Of a stretch of DNA of 42,329 bases, positions 10,397 to 21,345 are shown one piece after another. Every line of letters begins with the position of its first letter. The stretch's first letter is position 1. Under the pieces are notes generated by a model. The model had not been told where the DNA came from. It was given only the letters and a program-made list of their open reading frames with translations, and made no database searches. This stretch comes from Macrostomum lignano (lineage: Eukaryota): the NCBI GenBank assembly GCA_002269645.1, contig NIVC01002749.1, forward strand, positions 1-42,329, read 5' to 3'. The translations under genes were made by a program, and so were the position numbers.

Positions 10397-12938
10397 ATGG
10401 CCACGGGCGGCCCCAAATTACCTGCTGACCTGCAGGAATGTCTGAACTGGCTGCAAAACTGCTTTCGCTACGACGAGCAAGAAATTTATGAGTCGCTGCG
10501 TTGCATTTTCGGGCCAGGAAACGCGAGCCTGACCGACATAATTAACGTACTTCGAGACGGGATCGTACTGTGTCAGCTGGTTGTCATCCTCAGCGATGGC
10601 GCCGTTCGACGCAGCGAGCTCAAAGGATTTCGACTCATTACGCTGAATTCGGTTTGCGTCTACCGCGACAACATCTCGGCTTTCCTGAGCGTCTGCCAAA
10701 ACTTTTTCCAGCTGAAGGAGAGTATGCTTTTCACACCCGACGACCTCATTGACCGAAAAAATATTGACAAAGTAATTTCGAGTCTAGCTTTGCTCAGCCA
10801 GTCCCCGAAGGTCGACCAGTCGAGGTTTCCTGGCTTCCAAGTGTCCGACAGTCTGCGCGTGGCTCTGCGGCACTTGAGCACAAATACAAGGCAGCCTGCC
10901 TGGTCCGAGCTCTCTGAGTCGGTCGAGCGACTTCGCTGCAACATGGTTGACATCTACAGCGACCAGTTGACAGTCTACACTGAGACTGAGGGCGTCTATG
11001 GGAGCCTCGTGGACGACTATGAGTACGAGCTGGACGATGGCGACGACCCGCGGGTAGGCAACTGGCAGCAGCTGCTGCTCAGTGAGAGGAACTACACGCA
11101 CCTGCTCGAACAGCTGACTACCTACTCAAACAGTCTAAAAGGGACAGTCGGAATGGCTGCGGAGCCGGCATTTCACTACATCCCGGCCTTGTACGAACTG
11201 CACGCTCGCTTTCTCGCACGGTTGGAGTGCATCGCGCGCATCAACCCAATCGCCGATCGGCTGCGCGCAGTTTGCGCCTGTATTGCCAAGAAGAAGCTTC
11301 AGCTCTGCATTGTCTACCGCGATTACTTGGTGAACATGCCGCAAGCCATCGAGTGCGCCGATCGGCTGCAGCGGAGCTCAGGGCTGAGTCAGACGGCCAG
11401 TCACCTGCTGCCACATCATCCTCTTCGCGATTTGCTGCTGGCCCCGCTGCAGCGGGTGCAGCGGTATCCCGACATATTCAAGGCCTGTAAGGAGACGCGG
11501 GCAGCTATGGAGGACTTCATGGAGGTCTGCTGCTATACCCAGTCCTACAAAGAGAACGAATCTGTCATTCAGGTATTACCTTCAGCTGATATCCATAATA
11601 ATAGATGAAGCTGATAAATCCTATATACTAAGTCGTTTTCTATGAGATGTTAAAACATATTTCAGGTACTTGACCGTGTGCAAGCCGGCATCGCAAACCT
11701 GGATCGCAGTTTGCAACTGAGAGACTTTGGTAGTCTGTTGGTCGAGGGGGAGGTGCGCCTCTCACATCTGTCTTACGACAAGTCTGACAAGGACAGTCGA
11801 AGCGTATACTGCTACCTTACAGGTGAAGTGCTGATAGTGTGCAAAATTGTCGGCGACAAAAAGTCCAGCGGCCGCCTGGAATTCTTGTACAGCATCAGAA
11901 TTCCGGAGAAGTGCATGATTCAAACCGAGGAGGCCCCGCGATATAAAAGTTGGCGCTGGCTGCTTACAGTTCAACAGCCAGAGGGAGCCACGCCCGACAG
12001 CACCATAGCGGACGACCTGCGCTACCGAATGCAGCTCAAGTCCCATCGAGTGCAGCAGAACTGGCTGGCTGCTTTTAAAAGGGCCGTATCAGTGCGATAT
12101 CCGCCAAATCACAACTCTTTCGGGCATACTTTTCTGCCTTATATAAGTCTAGAGCCCGTGAATTGTCGTGAATGCAACCGAATCATTTTGCCCGGCTACG
12201 GGCTCGGTTATCGCTGTCGGATTTCAGGTCGCGTGGTGCACCGGGACTGCATTCCTTCAGCTCCAAGGCAACGCAGATTTGAGCACTCCCCGTCCCAGCA
12301 GCTGGCCTCGTCAACCCCGCCGCTGACTCCTCCACGGCAGAGACCTCAGCCAGCACAAATGCCGGCGATGGCGCCACAACCTCAACCGCCGCGGTCACCT
12401 TCTCCGCCACCACCACCTCCACTAACACCGATAGTGCCAAAACAGCTGCCACCGCCGCCGCCACCACCGCCACCGCCGCCACCACCGCCATCGTCACAGC
12501 AGTGTGTCAGAGCACCTGCAGACGCCCAACGCGGTCCAGAGACCCCATCAGACATGTTCATGTCGGACGATTCCGATGAGGAGAATAACTCGAAAGGCGG
12601 CCCTCCAGGAATCGACTACCACTGTCACAACGAGGGCGTTGCAGCAGGCTGGCATGGCCGAATGTCCCGCGGAGCAGCCTGGGCGAAACTGCTGCGAGTC
12701 CCGATCGGTATGTACCTATTGCGCTGCAGCCCACGGCCTGGTGTAGATGAGCACATTCTATCCTATCGAGCGTCTGACACCGTCCGGCACAAGAAGATTT
12801 TCGAGGCGGACGGTCAGTTCTATCTGGAGGAGAAAGCCACGAAAGTTCACGAGCATTCGGGAGCTGTTGCTGCACTATGCTAGCCCTAAAGCACTGAATG
12901 ATGCGTGCATCGATGTGAGGCTAACAGAGCCAGTCTAA
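10397..12938 (+). CDS. vav: Vav-family Rho guanine nucleotide exchange factor (CH - acidic - DH - PH - C1 - Pro-rich - SH2), with no SH3 seen
   Basis: CH: LRDGIVLCQLV...NISAFL...DDL..KNIDKVISSLALLS. Acidic Tyr motifs: DIYSD, GVYGSL, DYEYE. DH: ERNY..LL and LRDLLLAPLQRVQRYP. PH: LRDFGSLLVEGEVRL. C1: HTF..C..C..GYRC...H..C. SH2: WHGRMSR..A..LL...GMYLLRCS...RHKKI...GQFYLEE..KFTSIRELLLHY. One intron at 11573-11665. A +1 frameshift (extra A at 12833-12835) lies within SH2. Confidence 0.9.
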
Positions 12939-15142
12939 TTACACTGCTGCGCCGCTGTAGTTGCATGGGGTCTGGTTTCAAAATAGTCCTTCTCGGTCGT
13001 GACAATGTTTGGGCTACATGTAACGCACATGCGTGTATTGTATCTACTTATTCGTGAGCCTACGTAAGTGTCAATATTTCAACGCAAGAAAGCGACGACG
13101 GCCTAGCAAATTCCCTTTCTGTGTCAGAATCCTTAAGTGCTCGACAAGTTTCCTCAGCCTTAAAAGTATTGTTTTCGTTTTAAAAAAAATAGTCACCTAA
13201 TCTATGCCTCACACGTTACATGCACAGAAAGCGAGACTTGTGATGCCTGGTACATATTTTCAAAGTGACTGGCAACTTTTAATCTGTTTATTTGGTGCTT
13301 CTCTCTGCCTTTTTACTCGAGCCAGCCAAGTCAAAACCCCAGTCCCTACACTTCTTGCCCGCGGAATCTTTTCTCTAGCCAACGTGTTTGCCATTGATCT
13401 GTCGACTAAAAACCTTTGGCGACAACTTGCTAATTATTTGTAAACTTAGCTATACGAGTGCGTAAGTAGTGAGATTTCACGGGTCTGCTTGTCTCTTTTA
13501 TTAACAAAATCATTGTTGCATACAAAAATCCCGAATTCAACAAGAGCTTTGTAAATTTTCATGCAATTCCAACTCCGATTTTGACCTTAATGTCGAGCTG
13601 GTTATGCCTAGAAATTCCCCTTTCAGCTATAATCATGCAGTGAGACTCAGTCGCACATGAAACTCTGAGCAGAAGCAGCAAGTTGCTGCTGTTGCATCCT
13701 TGCGACGGAAATTGCCCCAACTAAGAAGAAATTGTCTGCTCCCGGTAAAAGGAAGTTTGACTAAGCAAAAGTGAAAGCAAGTAAAAAAAAAAGAAGAGAG
13801 CTGAGCAGATCGGCTCCGCATTGTCGAAACCTTTTTGATTGACAAGCAAGCGATCTAAAAAAGCAAGCGAAAAAATCGTCTCAGCAAAAAATAGATTTGA
13901 ACTGGGCTGTCTTTTGAAAGACACTCGTTTTTCAACCCAACCAATCTTTGTTGCGAGAGGCGCCTGCGAGAGTAAGCTGAAAATTAATATTCTAAAAACT
14001 TTTGGGTTCCAACTTTCGACTTTTATTAGCTTCGTTATCTAGGCAGGATGGTGTTTCATCTTGGTCGTCTCATATGCAAGCAAAGCAAATCTTAGGCAAG
14101 TGACGTGAAGCATGAGTTGTAGTTTACCACCCAGCTCCTAGTCAGGAACCACTGCATATCAGACTATCCCTGTTTTTATTGCAGCACATGATAGTAATAA
14201 GGAGAACAGAAAAATAATTGCGAATCATTCGTGATCATTTTTGAAGGACTTCCAAATTGTCAAGGCGTCACGTTTTTGGATAATTTACGATTCTTCTCTT
14301 TAAAAGACTGCCAAAAAACAGAGGGTGTCACGGTGAATATTCCAAAGCATTGAAGCTTAGCAAAGTCAGCTGACGCGATCTTTTGATTCTGTCACGAATC
14401 GTGAAAATTTTGTTGCTTAAATTGAATAATAAATAATGCTTTAATTTCCGACTTTCCGAGTTTCATTTTACCTACTACTTCCTTTTCCTATTTGCACGTC
14501 TCAAGGTTAGCAGCCGCACCCGGCAACGACCTGCCTATCAAAGTGGGTTCTGACCAGTAAGTTTCATTGTAGGTGCCTGCTTCAGTGAAGAAGCAAATCT
14601 AACCCGCCACATTAGTTCAACGAAGCCGGGAGACGTCACCTCTCGGCTACTCGGTAAGGATGGACGAGCTGACAATCCGTGACATTCGCGGATTTGTTCG
14701 AGACTCCGACGAGATGAAGATTGCAGACTTCAGCTCTTCTTCTGCTGCTGCTTTTTGGGGTTGCAATGCCAATAGAGGACTCGTGGCGGAGTCCCGCCCC
14801 CGTCAGTAGTAAATACATGTATGTAATGTGTCACATTCTCAGCCAGCTACATACCAGCTACTTACATAATTTTGTTTTTATGCTTGCTTTGTTGCTTCAT
14901 TTCGTGTTGGATTCGATTTATTTTGCCACACGATAAAAAAAGTTTGCTCGCCTAAAATTTTGCGTGAAAATGTCCTAGAATTGTGGAAATTATCCATGGG
15001 ACGATTGCGTAATCTAAAGAAATACGGTTCCCTTCAAATCCTGATCTACATTGGCTTTAACGTACGCATATTTTCTGCTGAAAAATTCATTCAATTTTGA
15101 CTTTGCTCAAAAGTTTTTAATATTTTTGTCTCCGATTTTTTT

Positions 15143-16720
15143 CTAGGAGTTGCACAGGTTGCGAAGGCTGTCGAACTGGGACTCGCTAAGCGAGGCGTTC
15201 GCGAATCCCCAGCACTGCAGCCAGCCGCTGTAGTAGGGAGGGCTCGAGCCGAAGCAGTTGCCGATGCGGAGGCAGTCGTAGTATTGGCTGGCGACCGGAC
15301 TGCCGCCATTTCTATTCGGTGTTTCTGTGTTGTGCAGGCTTCCATTCATGTACCACTTGTTCGCGTAGTTCAAGGCGGCTCCATCGAAGCTCACTCCCAC
15401 CGAGCTGCGTCTCTGATTGCTGTCGTTTGGAATGACTGTCTGAGAGTTCACATAAGCATAGAGGTCAGAACCGTCCACGAAGTATGTTCTTGCGTAAACT
15501 CCGCCATTGTTGTTGGTGCTCAAGTAGCTCACAGTCGAGCTCGAAGAGCAGCTGCTGAACGAGCTCAGGCAATTGCCCCTGCGCGCGGTAAAAAATACCA
15601 ATAAGAATATGCATAGTTCCTCAACATCGAAAGCAGATTATTCCCAAACTCAATATGAGTGTTCTTACGCGCCGTTGATCGCGAAAGTTCCTTGAAAGAA
15701 GAAGCTGAAATCTTTTCCAACTTTGAAATTATTAAAATAGTTCGGCGTGCTAATTTCGATATAAGAGCCAGACGCGCCATTTAAACGAACTCCGCTAGCT
15801 GAGTTCTGCTCGGCCACGCCAACCGGACTGGCTTGGTGGCTGATCGGGTCAATCAGGTTTGTGTAGCCCTTCTTGAAGTCGTACCAAAGCATCATGTTTG
15901 AAGCGAAGCCAAGAGCCGCAATGCCGGATGTAGGAGCCACAGTGGTGGTGCTTGACTGAATGGTGGTCGGCGATCCAGTTATTGTTAGAGGGTTGGGTGA
16001 GCTGGTTTGCATAGTAGGCGGAGCTGGACCATCTGTGGGAAGTTCAATTAGCTCTACATAGTGCGAGACATTGGAATTAAGCCCAGGGGGTGTAGCCTTG
16101 TGGTTAGAGCGTCGGACTCACGACTTGAAGGTCGGGGGTTCGATTCCCGATCCCACTGGAACAATTTGTGTCCTTGAGCAAGACACTCAACTCTGCATTG
16201 CTTCAGTTCACCCAGCTGTAAAATGGGTGCCAGCATTAACTGGGGTAATTGAGGGTGTGTGTGGCGACGTCCCAGTGCTTGGACTGAACAGCCTTCAGAT
16301 GCGCCGCGCAATAGCTGCGGCTGAGCTGTCGGTTGCACATCTGCCCATTAGGGCAGCTGTAATCAACTATTATTATTATTGAGCAAAGAAGGTTTATGGA
16401 GCATAGCTCTTACTGCAATTATCCACACGCTTAAGTCGCGCAATCATCTCGGGTCCGCAGCTCCCGGCCGAGACGTCGGACAGGCTGTAGCAGGCCTTGC
16501 TGTCCCTCAGGTACACAGAAAGCTGGCACCCAGGGTCCAGGGTGCAGCGAAACAGGCACTCGGTCTCCACGGCCGCAGTCACAGACTCCAGGCCAGCCAG
16601 TGCAGAGGGGCAGCTGCTGGTCGTCAGCTCAAAAATCGCGGAGCCCTGCGGGCACGCTGATGATGAACCGCACAGTAGCGAAAGCATGCCGATCAGCGCG
16701 GCAAAAGATGCTGAGATCAT
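15143..16720 (-). CDS. Secreted protein: signal peptide, PAN/apple-like Cys domain, Ser/Thr/Pro linker, LamG/concanavalin-like domain
   Basis: Exons 16720-16414, ~16032-15669 and 15578-15143 in consistent phase. Hydrophobic N-terminus MISASFAALIGMLSLLC. PAN pattern ECLFRCTLDPGC...CYSL. LamG-like segments LWYDF, VRLNG..SYI, FSFFF, LRIG..YYSGWLQCWGF. The domain names are pattern-based inference. Confidence 0.75.
16086..16380 (+). mobile_element. tRNA-derived SINE with a CORE-like central domain and (TAT)n tail, antisense in the first intron of the PAN-LamG gene
   Basis: A box TAGCCTTGTGG and B box GGTTCGATTCC in a tRNA-like head. Central TGTGTCCTTGAGCAAGACACTCAACTC...CACCCAGCTGTAAAATGGG resembles the CORE-type SINE domain. 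It ends in TATTATTATTATT. No clear TSD. Confidence 0.85.
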
Positions 16721-17148
16721 GACTAAAATTTACGTTGCAAATATTTAGCATCAGGATTAAAGCAAGATTGTTGCGACTTGTCTTGCAAGGTGCATATATT
16801 ATATAAAGTTCAGCAAGCACCAATGAGAGTAGAGAAAAGACACGAGCTCAGTTGGCTCTGCTTCAAGCTCATTTCTAATTCGATGAAATCGTTGTTGAAA
16901 GCGAGATGGCAGAAAACTCTTCGACTCCTCTGATTCAGTTTGCACATGGAAACTGGAAAAATTTTATATGTGGAAAATTATTCAAAAATGATTTGCGGAT
17001 GTCGGAGCTGTCGACTGAGCTGAATCAGGGAGGCAGTCGACTCGCAGCCAGAGCGGAGGCAATCAGGGCTATTGCTAGTATTATAACAGCACGTACATCT
17101 AGTCTACAAAAGACGTCCTTGGAGGCAAGCAGCCGCGCTCTTTCCAGT

Positions 17149-17439
17149 CAGTAGCTGTTCTTACTTGAATGTTCTTATTACAGAATCTTCTTACAGTAGC
17201 TGTTCTTACTTGAATGTTCTTATTACAGAATCTTCTTACAGTAGCTGTTCTTACTTGAATGTTCTTATTACAGAATCTTCTTACAGTAGCTGTTCTTACT
17301 TGAATGTTCTTATTACAGAATCTTCTTACAGTAGCTGTTCTTACTTGAATGTTCTTATTACAGAATCTTCTTACAGTAGCTGTTCTTACTTGAATGTTCT
17401 TATTACAGAATCTTCTTACAGTAGATGTTCTTACTTGAA
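17149..17439 (+). repeat. 45-bp tandem repeat, ~6.4 copies, made of three 15-bp subunits
   Basis: Unit GTAGCTGTTCTTACT-TGAATGTTCTTATTA-CAGAATCTTCTTACA, with near-identical copies and no spacers. Confidence 0.95.
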
Positions 17440-18004
17440 CATCAGCACACTCTGTGCCTGTGGGGCCGACCTAAAAGCTGAAGACCAGGGGAGGGGGTAC
17501 GGAAATGAAATCGCAGCGCATTTTTTCACGAAAGAACAACTCTGCTTTTGTCATTGAATATTGTTACAGTCTGGATGGGTGGCGATTCGAAGAATTTTAA
17601 GTGGATGGTAAAATCTTTTCGATCAATATCGATTCTCGACGACAAGAGAAAGACTCAATGGGCCTAGAAAGAATTCATGGACCGAGTCTGATGGTGTTGG
17701 CTGATCAGGTTCTGCTTTCCGCCCCATCAAGCATCGCCCGCTCTCCCGTGTGATCTCCGCTTCTCTCCATAACGGGAGGCGGAAATACGAGCTAGTGAGG
17801 GAGAGTTTAGTAAGGCTGATGAACAGATTGTGGGTTGGTTGGTTGTTTTCTTGTAAAGAATTGAGGAGATATGCAGGTTTTTGGGGTTGTAAAATATTGA
17901 GAGTGCAGGTAGTTCTGGTTGATGGATAGGTTTGCTGGTTTGGGAAGAAAGAAATAATAAAAATGTTAGCATACGGAAAGAAGGTAAATAACTTGATTAG
18001 TAAA

Positions 18005-18454
18005 TGTACTGCCGGGTGTGCTGCCGGGTTTGCTGCCATGTGTGCTGCCGTGTGTGCTGCCGTGTGTGCTGCCGTGTGTGCTGCCGTGTGTGCTGCCGTG
18101 TGTGCTGCCGTGTGTGCTGCCGTGTGTGCTGCCGTGTGTGCTGCCGTGTGTGCTGCCGTGTGTGCTGCCGTGTGTGCTGCCGTGTGTGCTGCCGTGTGTG
18201 CTGCCGTGTGTGCTGCCGTGTGTGCTGCCGTGTGTGCTGCCGTGTGTGCTGCCGTGTGTGCTGCCGTGTGTGCTGCCGTGTGTGCTGCCGTGTGTGCTGC
18301 CGTGTGTGCTGCCGTGTGTGCTGCCGTGTGTGCTGCCGTGTGTGCTGCCGTGTGTGCTGCCGTGTGTGCTGCCGTGTGTGCTGCCGTGTGTGCTGCCGTG
18401 TGTGCTTCCGTGTGTGCTGCCGGATGTGCTGCCGGGTGTGCTGCCGGGTGTGCT
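18005..18454 (+). repeat. 12-bp tandem repeat (GCCGTGTGTGCT)n, ~37 copies
   Basis: Homogeneous core with GCCGGG-type variants at both ends. It directly abuts the retrotransposon RT remnant. Confidence 0.97.
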
Positions 18455-19560
18455 TGCTGTTCGCCAAGCTGGGAGGCGGCTGCAAGTGGACAAAAGCTCG
18501 ATCTGTCCAATGGCTTCCTGCAGCTTCCGCTCGCCGAGGACAGCAAAGCCTTCGCCAATACCAACACTCCCAAGGTACTTCCTTGATGCCTTCTGGCATC
18601 AAGTGCGTCACAGTGATTTTTCAACAGACTCTGGAAACTCTGCTAAGAGATCTCGACTCTGTCCAGGTGTTTGTCGACGACATTCTGGTCACGGGCAAGA
18701 CGATGCAGCAACATATGAAACACCTGGAAGAAGTTCTTCAGCGCCTCCTTGAGTCGGGACTCAGACTGAACAAGCAAAAGAGCCTGTTATTCATGGAATA
18801 TTTGAGATACCGCATGTGGACTCAGCCCGCTAACGCACAGGGTGGCCGCAATTCAAGACGCCCCAGCGCCGAAGGACGTCAGCTAGCTGCTCTCGTTCCT
18901 CGGCATGCCGGTTCCTGCCGCTCGATCAGCTGCTGGCTAAGGACGCGGGACAAGCCGCAGCAAACTACCTTCAGTGAGACTAAGCTGCTGCTGCTCCAAT
19001 CACCGGTGCTGGTGCACTGCAATCCGGATCTTCCGCTGCGGCTCGAGTGTGACGCTTCACGGGACACGAAGTGGGCGTGGTGTTGTCCCATCTTCAAATG
19101 AGTTCGCTGAGTTCGTCAGGTCCAACGGAATCCGGCACATCTTCTCGACGCCATTCCACACGGCAAGCAACGGCCAGGCCGAGCGCTTCGCCCAGTTGCT
19201 GAAGCGGCATCTGAGTAAGTGCGGTCACTCCGACGAGCAACTTCAAAGACTGCTGATGGCCTACCGCAAGACTCCGCAAAGCGTCAGAGGCACCGCGCCC
19301 AGCCAGCTGGTCATTGGCCGCCAGCTGCGCAGCCGGCTGGGTCTCCTGACACAGTCTCAGGAGCAACAGCGGCCAGTGTACCAGTTCCAGGCTGGAGATT
19401 GCGTGCTCTACCGCGATTTCAGATCTGCTGCTCGTACAGGAGAAAGCAGTCGCTGGGTCGAAAGGTTTCATCGTCAATGCCAGCGCTCGCAACTGGCAGA
19501 ATCGATTGACCGAATCGATCAGCCGCACAGCTCCGGTTGAGGGCTGCGCGGCAACTGACG
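18455..19560 (+). mobile_element. Decayed, internally deleted Ty3/gypsy LTR-retrotransposon pol (RT, RNase H and integrase fragments)
   Basis: Across frameshifts: LFAKLGGG, KLDLSNGFLQLPL, MPSGI..VIFQQTLE..FVDDILVTG..H..HLEEVLQRL..GLRLNK, LVHCNPDLPLRLECDAS, FVRSNGIRHIFSTPFHTASNGQAERF, YRKTP..APSQLVIGRQLRSRL. The order RT-RH-IN is the gypsy type. Confidence 0.92.
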
Positions 19561-19974
19561 CTGGCGGCACGTCGGCCTCGCAGCCTCTGCTGACGAGACA
19601 CCCCGGCGCTACCTGACTCGAGTTCGAGCACCACCTGACAGAATGGTGTAGCGGTGATGGCGTTAACTAATACACGCGATACGGCATGGTGACACGATTA
19701 ACTTTGCAATAGGTTGCGTACACTGAATTGTTCTCTAGCCAGTGACGATTGCTATCGCTATCGACCGGCTTAGGGACTTGAATGAACTTGAATTCAACCC
19801 CACCCCATGCGCACTGTTCTGCACCCACCACCTCTCTGCAAAATAATAAACAGAGTCAGCCAAGCTCTCATGCGAGCACCTTCCTTCTCACTGCTTCCTT
19901 CTCACTCGTGAAAATGAAGTAAGCTGTAACAGAAGCCCTGTATGAAAAGAAAATAACAAAAATTCATTGACTTC

Positions 19975-20620
19975 ACATTGAGTTCACAGCAAAGTTTCCC
20001 TGAAAGAAAATGCTGAACTTCCGGCTTAGACGAAGGTTGATAGAGAAGCCAGCTGTGTTAGCAGCGACGTAGGAACGATGTTGACCGGCTCAGCGGGGTA
20101 CAGCGATTCGTTGGCCAGGTTCTTGAAGCCTTTCTTAAAGTTGTACCAGATTAGCACGTCTGGAGCAAAGTTCAGCGTTGACACTCCCGGTGTTGTGGCG
20201 TCTGGCCTTTGAGTAGTCGTATCTGGCTTCGGTGTGCTTCGGACTGAAGTATGTATTTGAGCAAGTTTAATTACTTTTCACTGAAAAGACTATATTTTAT
20301 CAGTCTAATGAAAGGTCAGAGTCACTTGGTCTACCGGTCCGTTTCTTTCGCGCAATCATTCCCGATTCGCAGAGCCCGGCGGTTGGCGGCATGGAGTTCA
20401 GGCTCCAGCAGGCAGCGCTGGCTATAAGAAACCGCACACTCTTCATTCAGGGTGCAGCTCAGGATGCACTCGGGCTCACTGGCTGTGGTTGCTGGTGCGC
20501 GCTCAGCCGATATCGATGGACAGCCGCTGGTCAGCAGGTCGTACACCGCAGCCACGTGCTCTCATGCTGCTGACTTATACAGGAGTAAGTTCAGATACAG
20601 CACGAAAGTAATGCGCACCC
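19975..20620 (-). pseudogene. Pseudogenised tandem paralog of the PAN-LamG gene at 15143-16720
   Basis: AVYDLLTSGCPS..ECILSCTLNEEC aligns with AIFELTTSSCPS..ECLFRCTLDPGC. LIWYNFKKGFKNL aligns with MLWYDFKKGYTNL, and KFSIFFQGNFAVN with DFSFFFQGTFAIN. Lesions: TGA at 20562-20564 where the paralog has Cys, a frameshift near 20415-20425, and a ~16-codon deletion with frameshift near 20075. Confidence 0.82.
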
Positions 20621-21345
20621 TAAAAATTCCAAAATTAGTTTCGTGAAGTTTTTCGAGAATTTACGCTCGTCGTTTTTCTCGACGTTTTTCTGCAGTTGAT
20701 CAACGAAGGAGAGCTTTTAAAGCTGGATCTCCAGATCGGCTGAACCTGAATCAGCTTGTCTGTCATTGGTCCGGCTCACTCACTAACAGTGTCGCCTAAG
20801 TGACTGATGATAAATTAGACTACCATATCACGCTCTTTTCTTGTGATATAAGTAGTAGCACATGAGTAGTAACTTTGAGCAGTTAAAAAATCAAGAAATG
20901 CCAATCTGAAAGACAAAAGGTAGCGTGGTAGTGCATGCTTGAATCTTTTGATCTCCGGTCACAACCTTCAACATTGTAAATATAAATGTGGCATAACAGT
21001 AAATATGTAGGCATTAAATGAATAAATAAAAAATTACATCTACCGTGTTTTGACTCACAAATACGAATAATCAGTACGTTTTTTTCTTAACCGGGAAAGT
21101 TCGGAATACGAGAAATTCAAGAAGCTGGAAATCAACAATATCTCAGCATGCCTCAGTAGTCTCCTATTTGTCTAGTGGTGTCACTTTGCTTCAAAATTTA
21201 TTTCAGTAGGAGCAAGACTATATTCAAAACAAGTGTCGTAGATTGTTTGCTCCTTAATTCTTGTAAGGTGACATCCAACTAGCAAGGATTTAAAAGTTCT
21301 TTGCCGCAGCACATCAGGCTCCTCGTGCTGTCTCGCAAGTTCTGT

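Noticed and set aside
14721-14936. Signal-peptide-like ORF MQTSALLLLLLFGVA
   Set aside because: It starts at TTG, has no splice support, and the Leu run comes from a CTG/CTT microrepeat.
16086-16160. Possible tRNA gene
   Set aside because: Acceptor and anticodon stems pair poorly and the sequence continues into a SINE body and tail.
17623-19101. Long AAHT / AAVC / CCRV / GSTH repeat ORFs, including a Cys-rich metallothionein-like reading
   Set aside because: All frames of the 12-bp satellite are open, so the ORFs carry no information. They run into a decayed retrotransposon.
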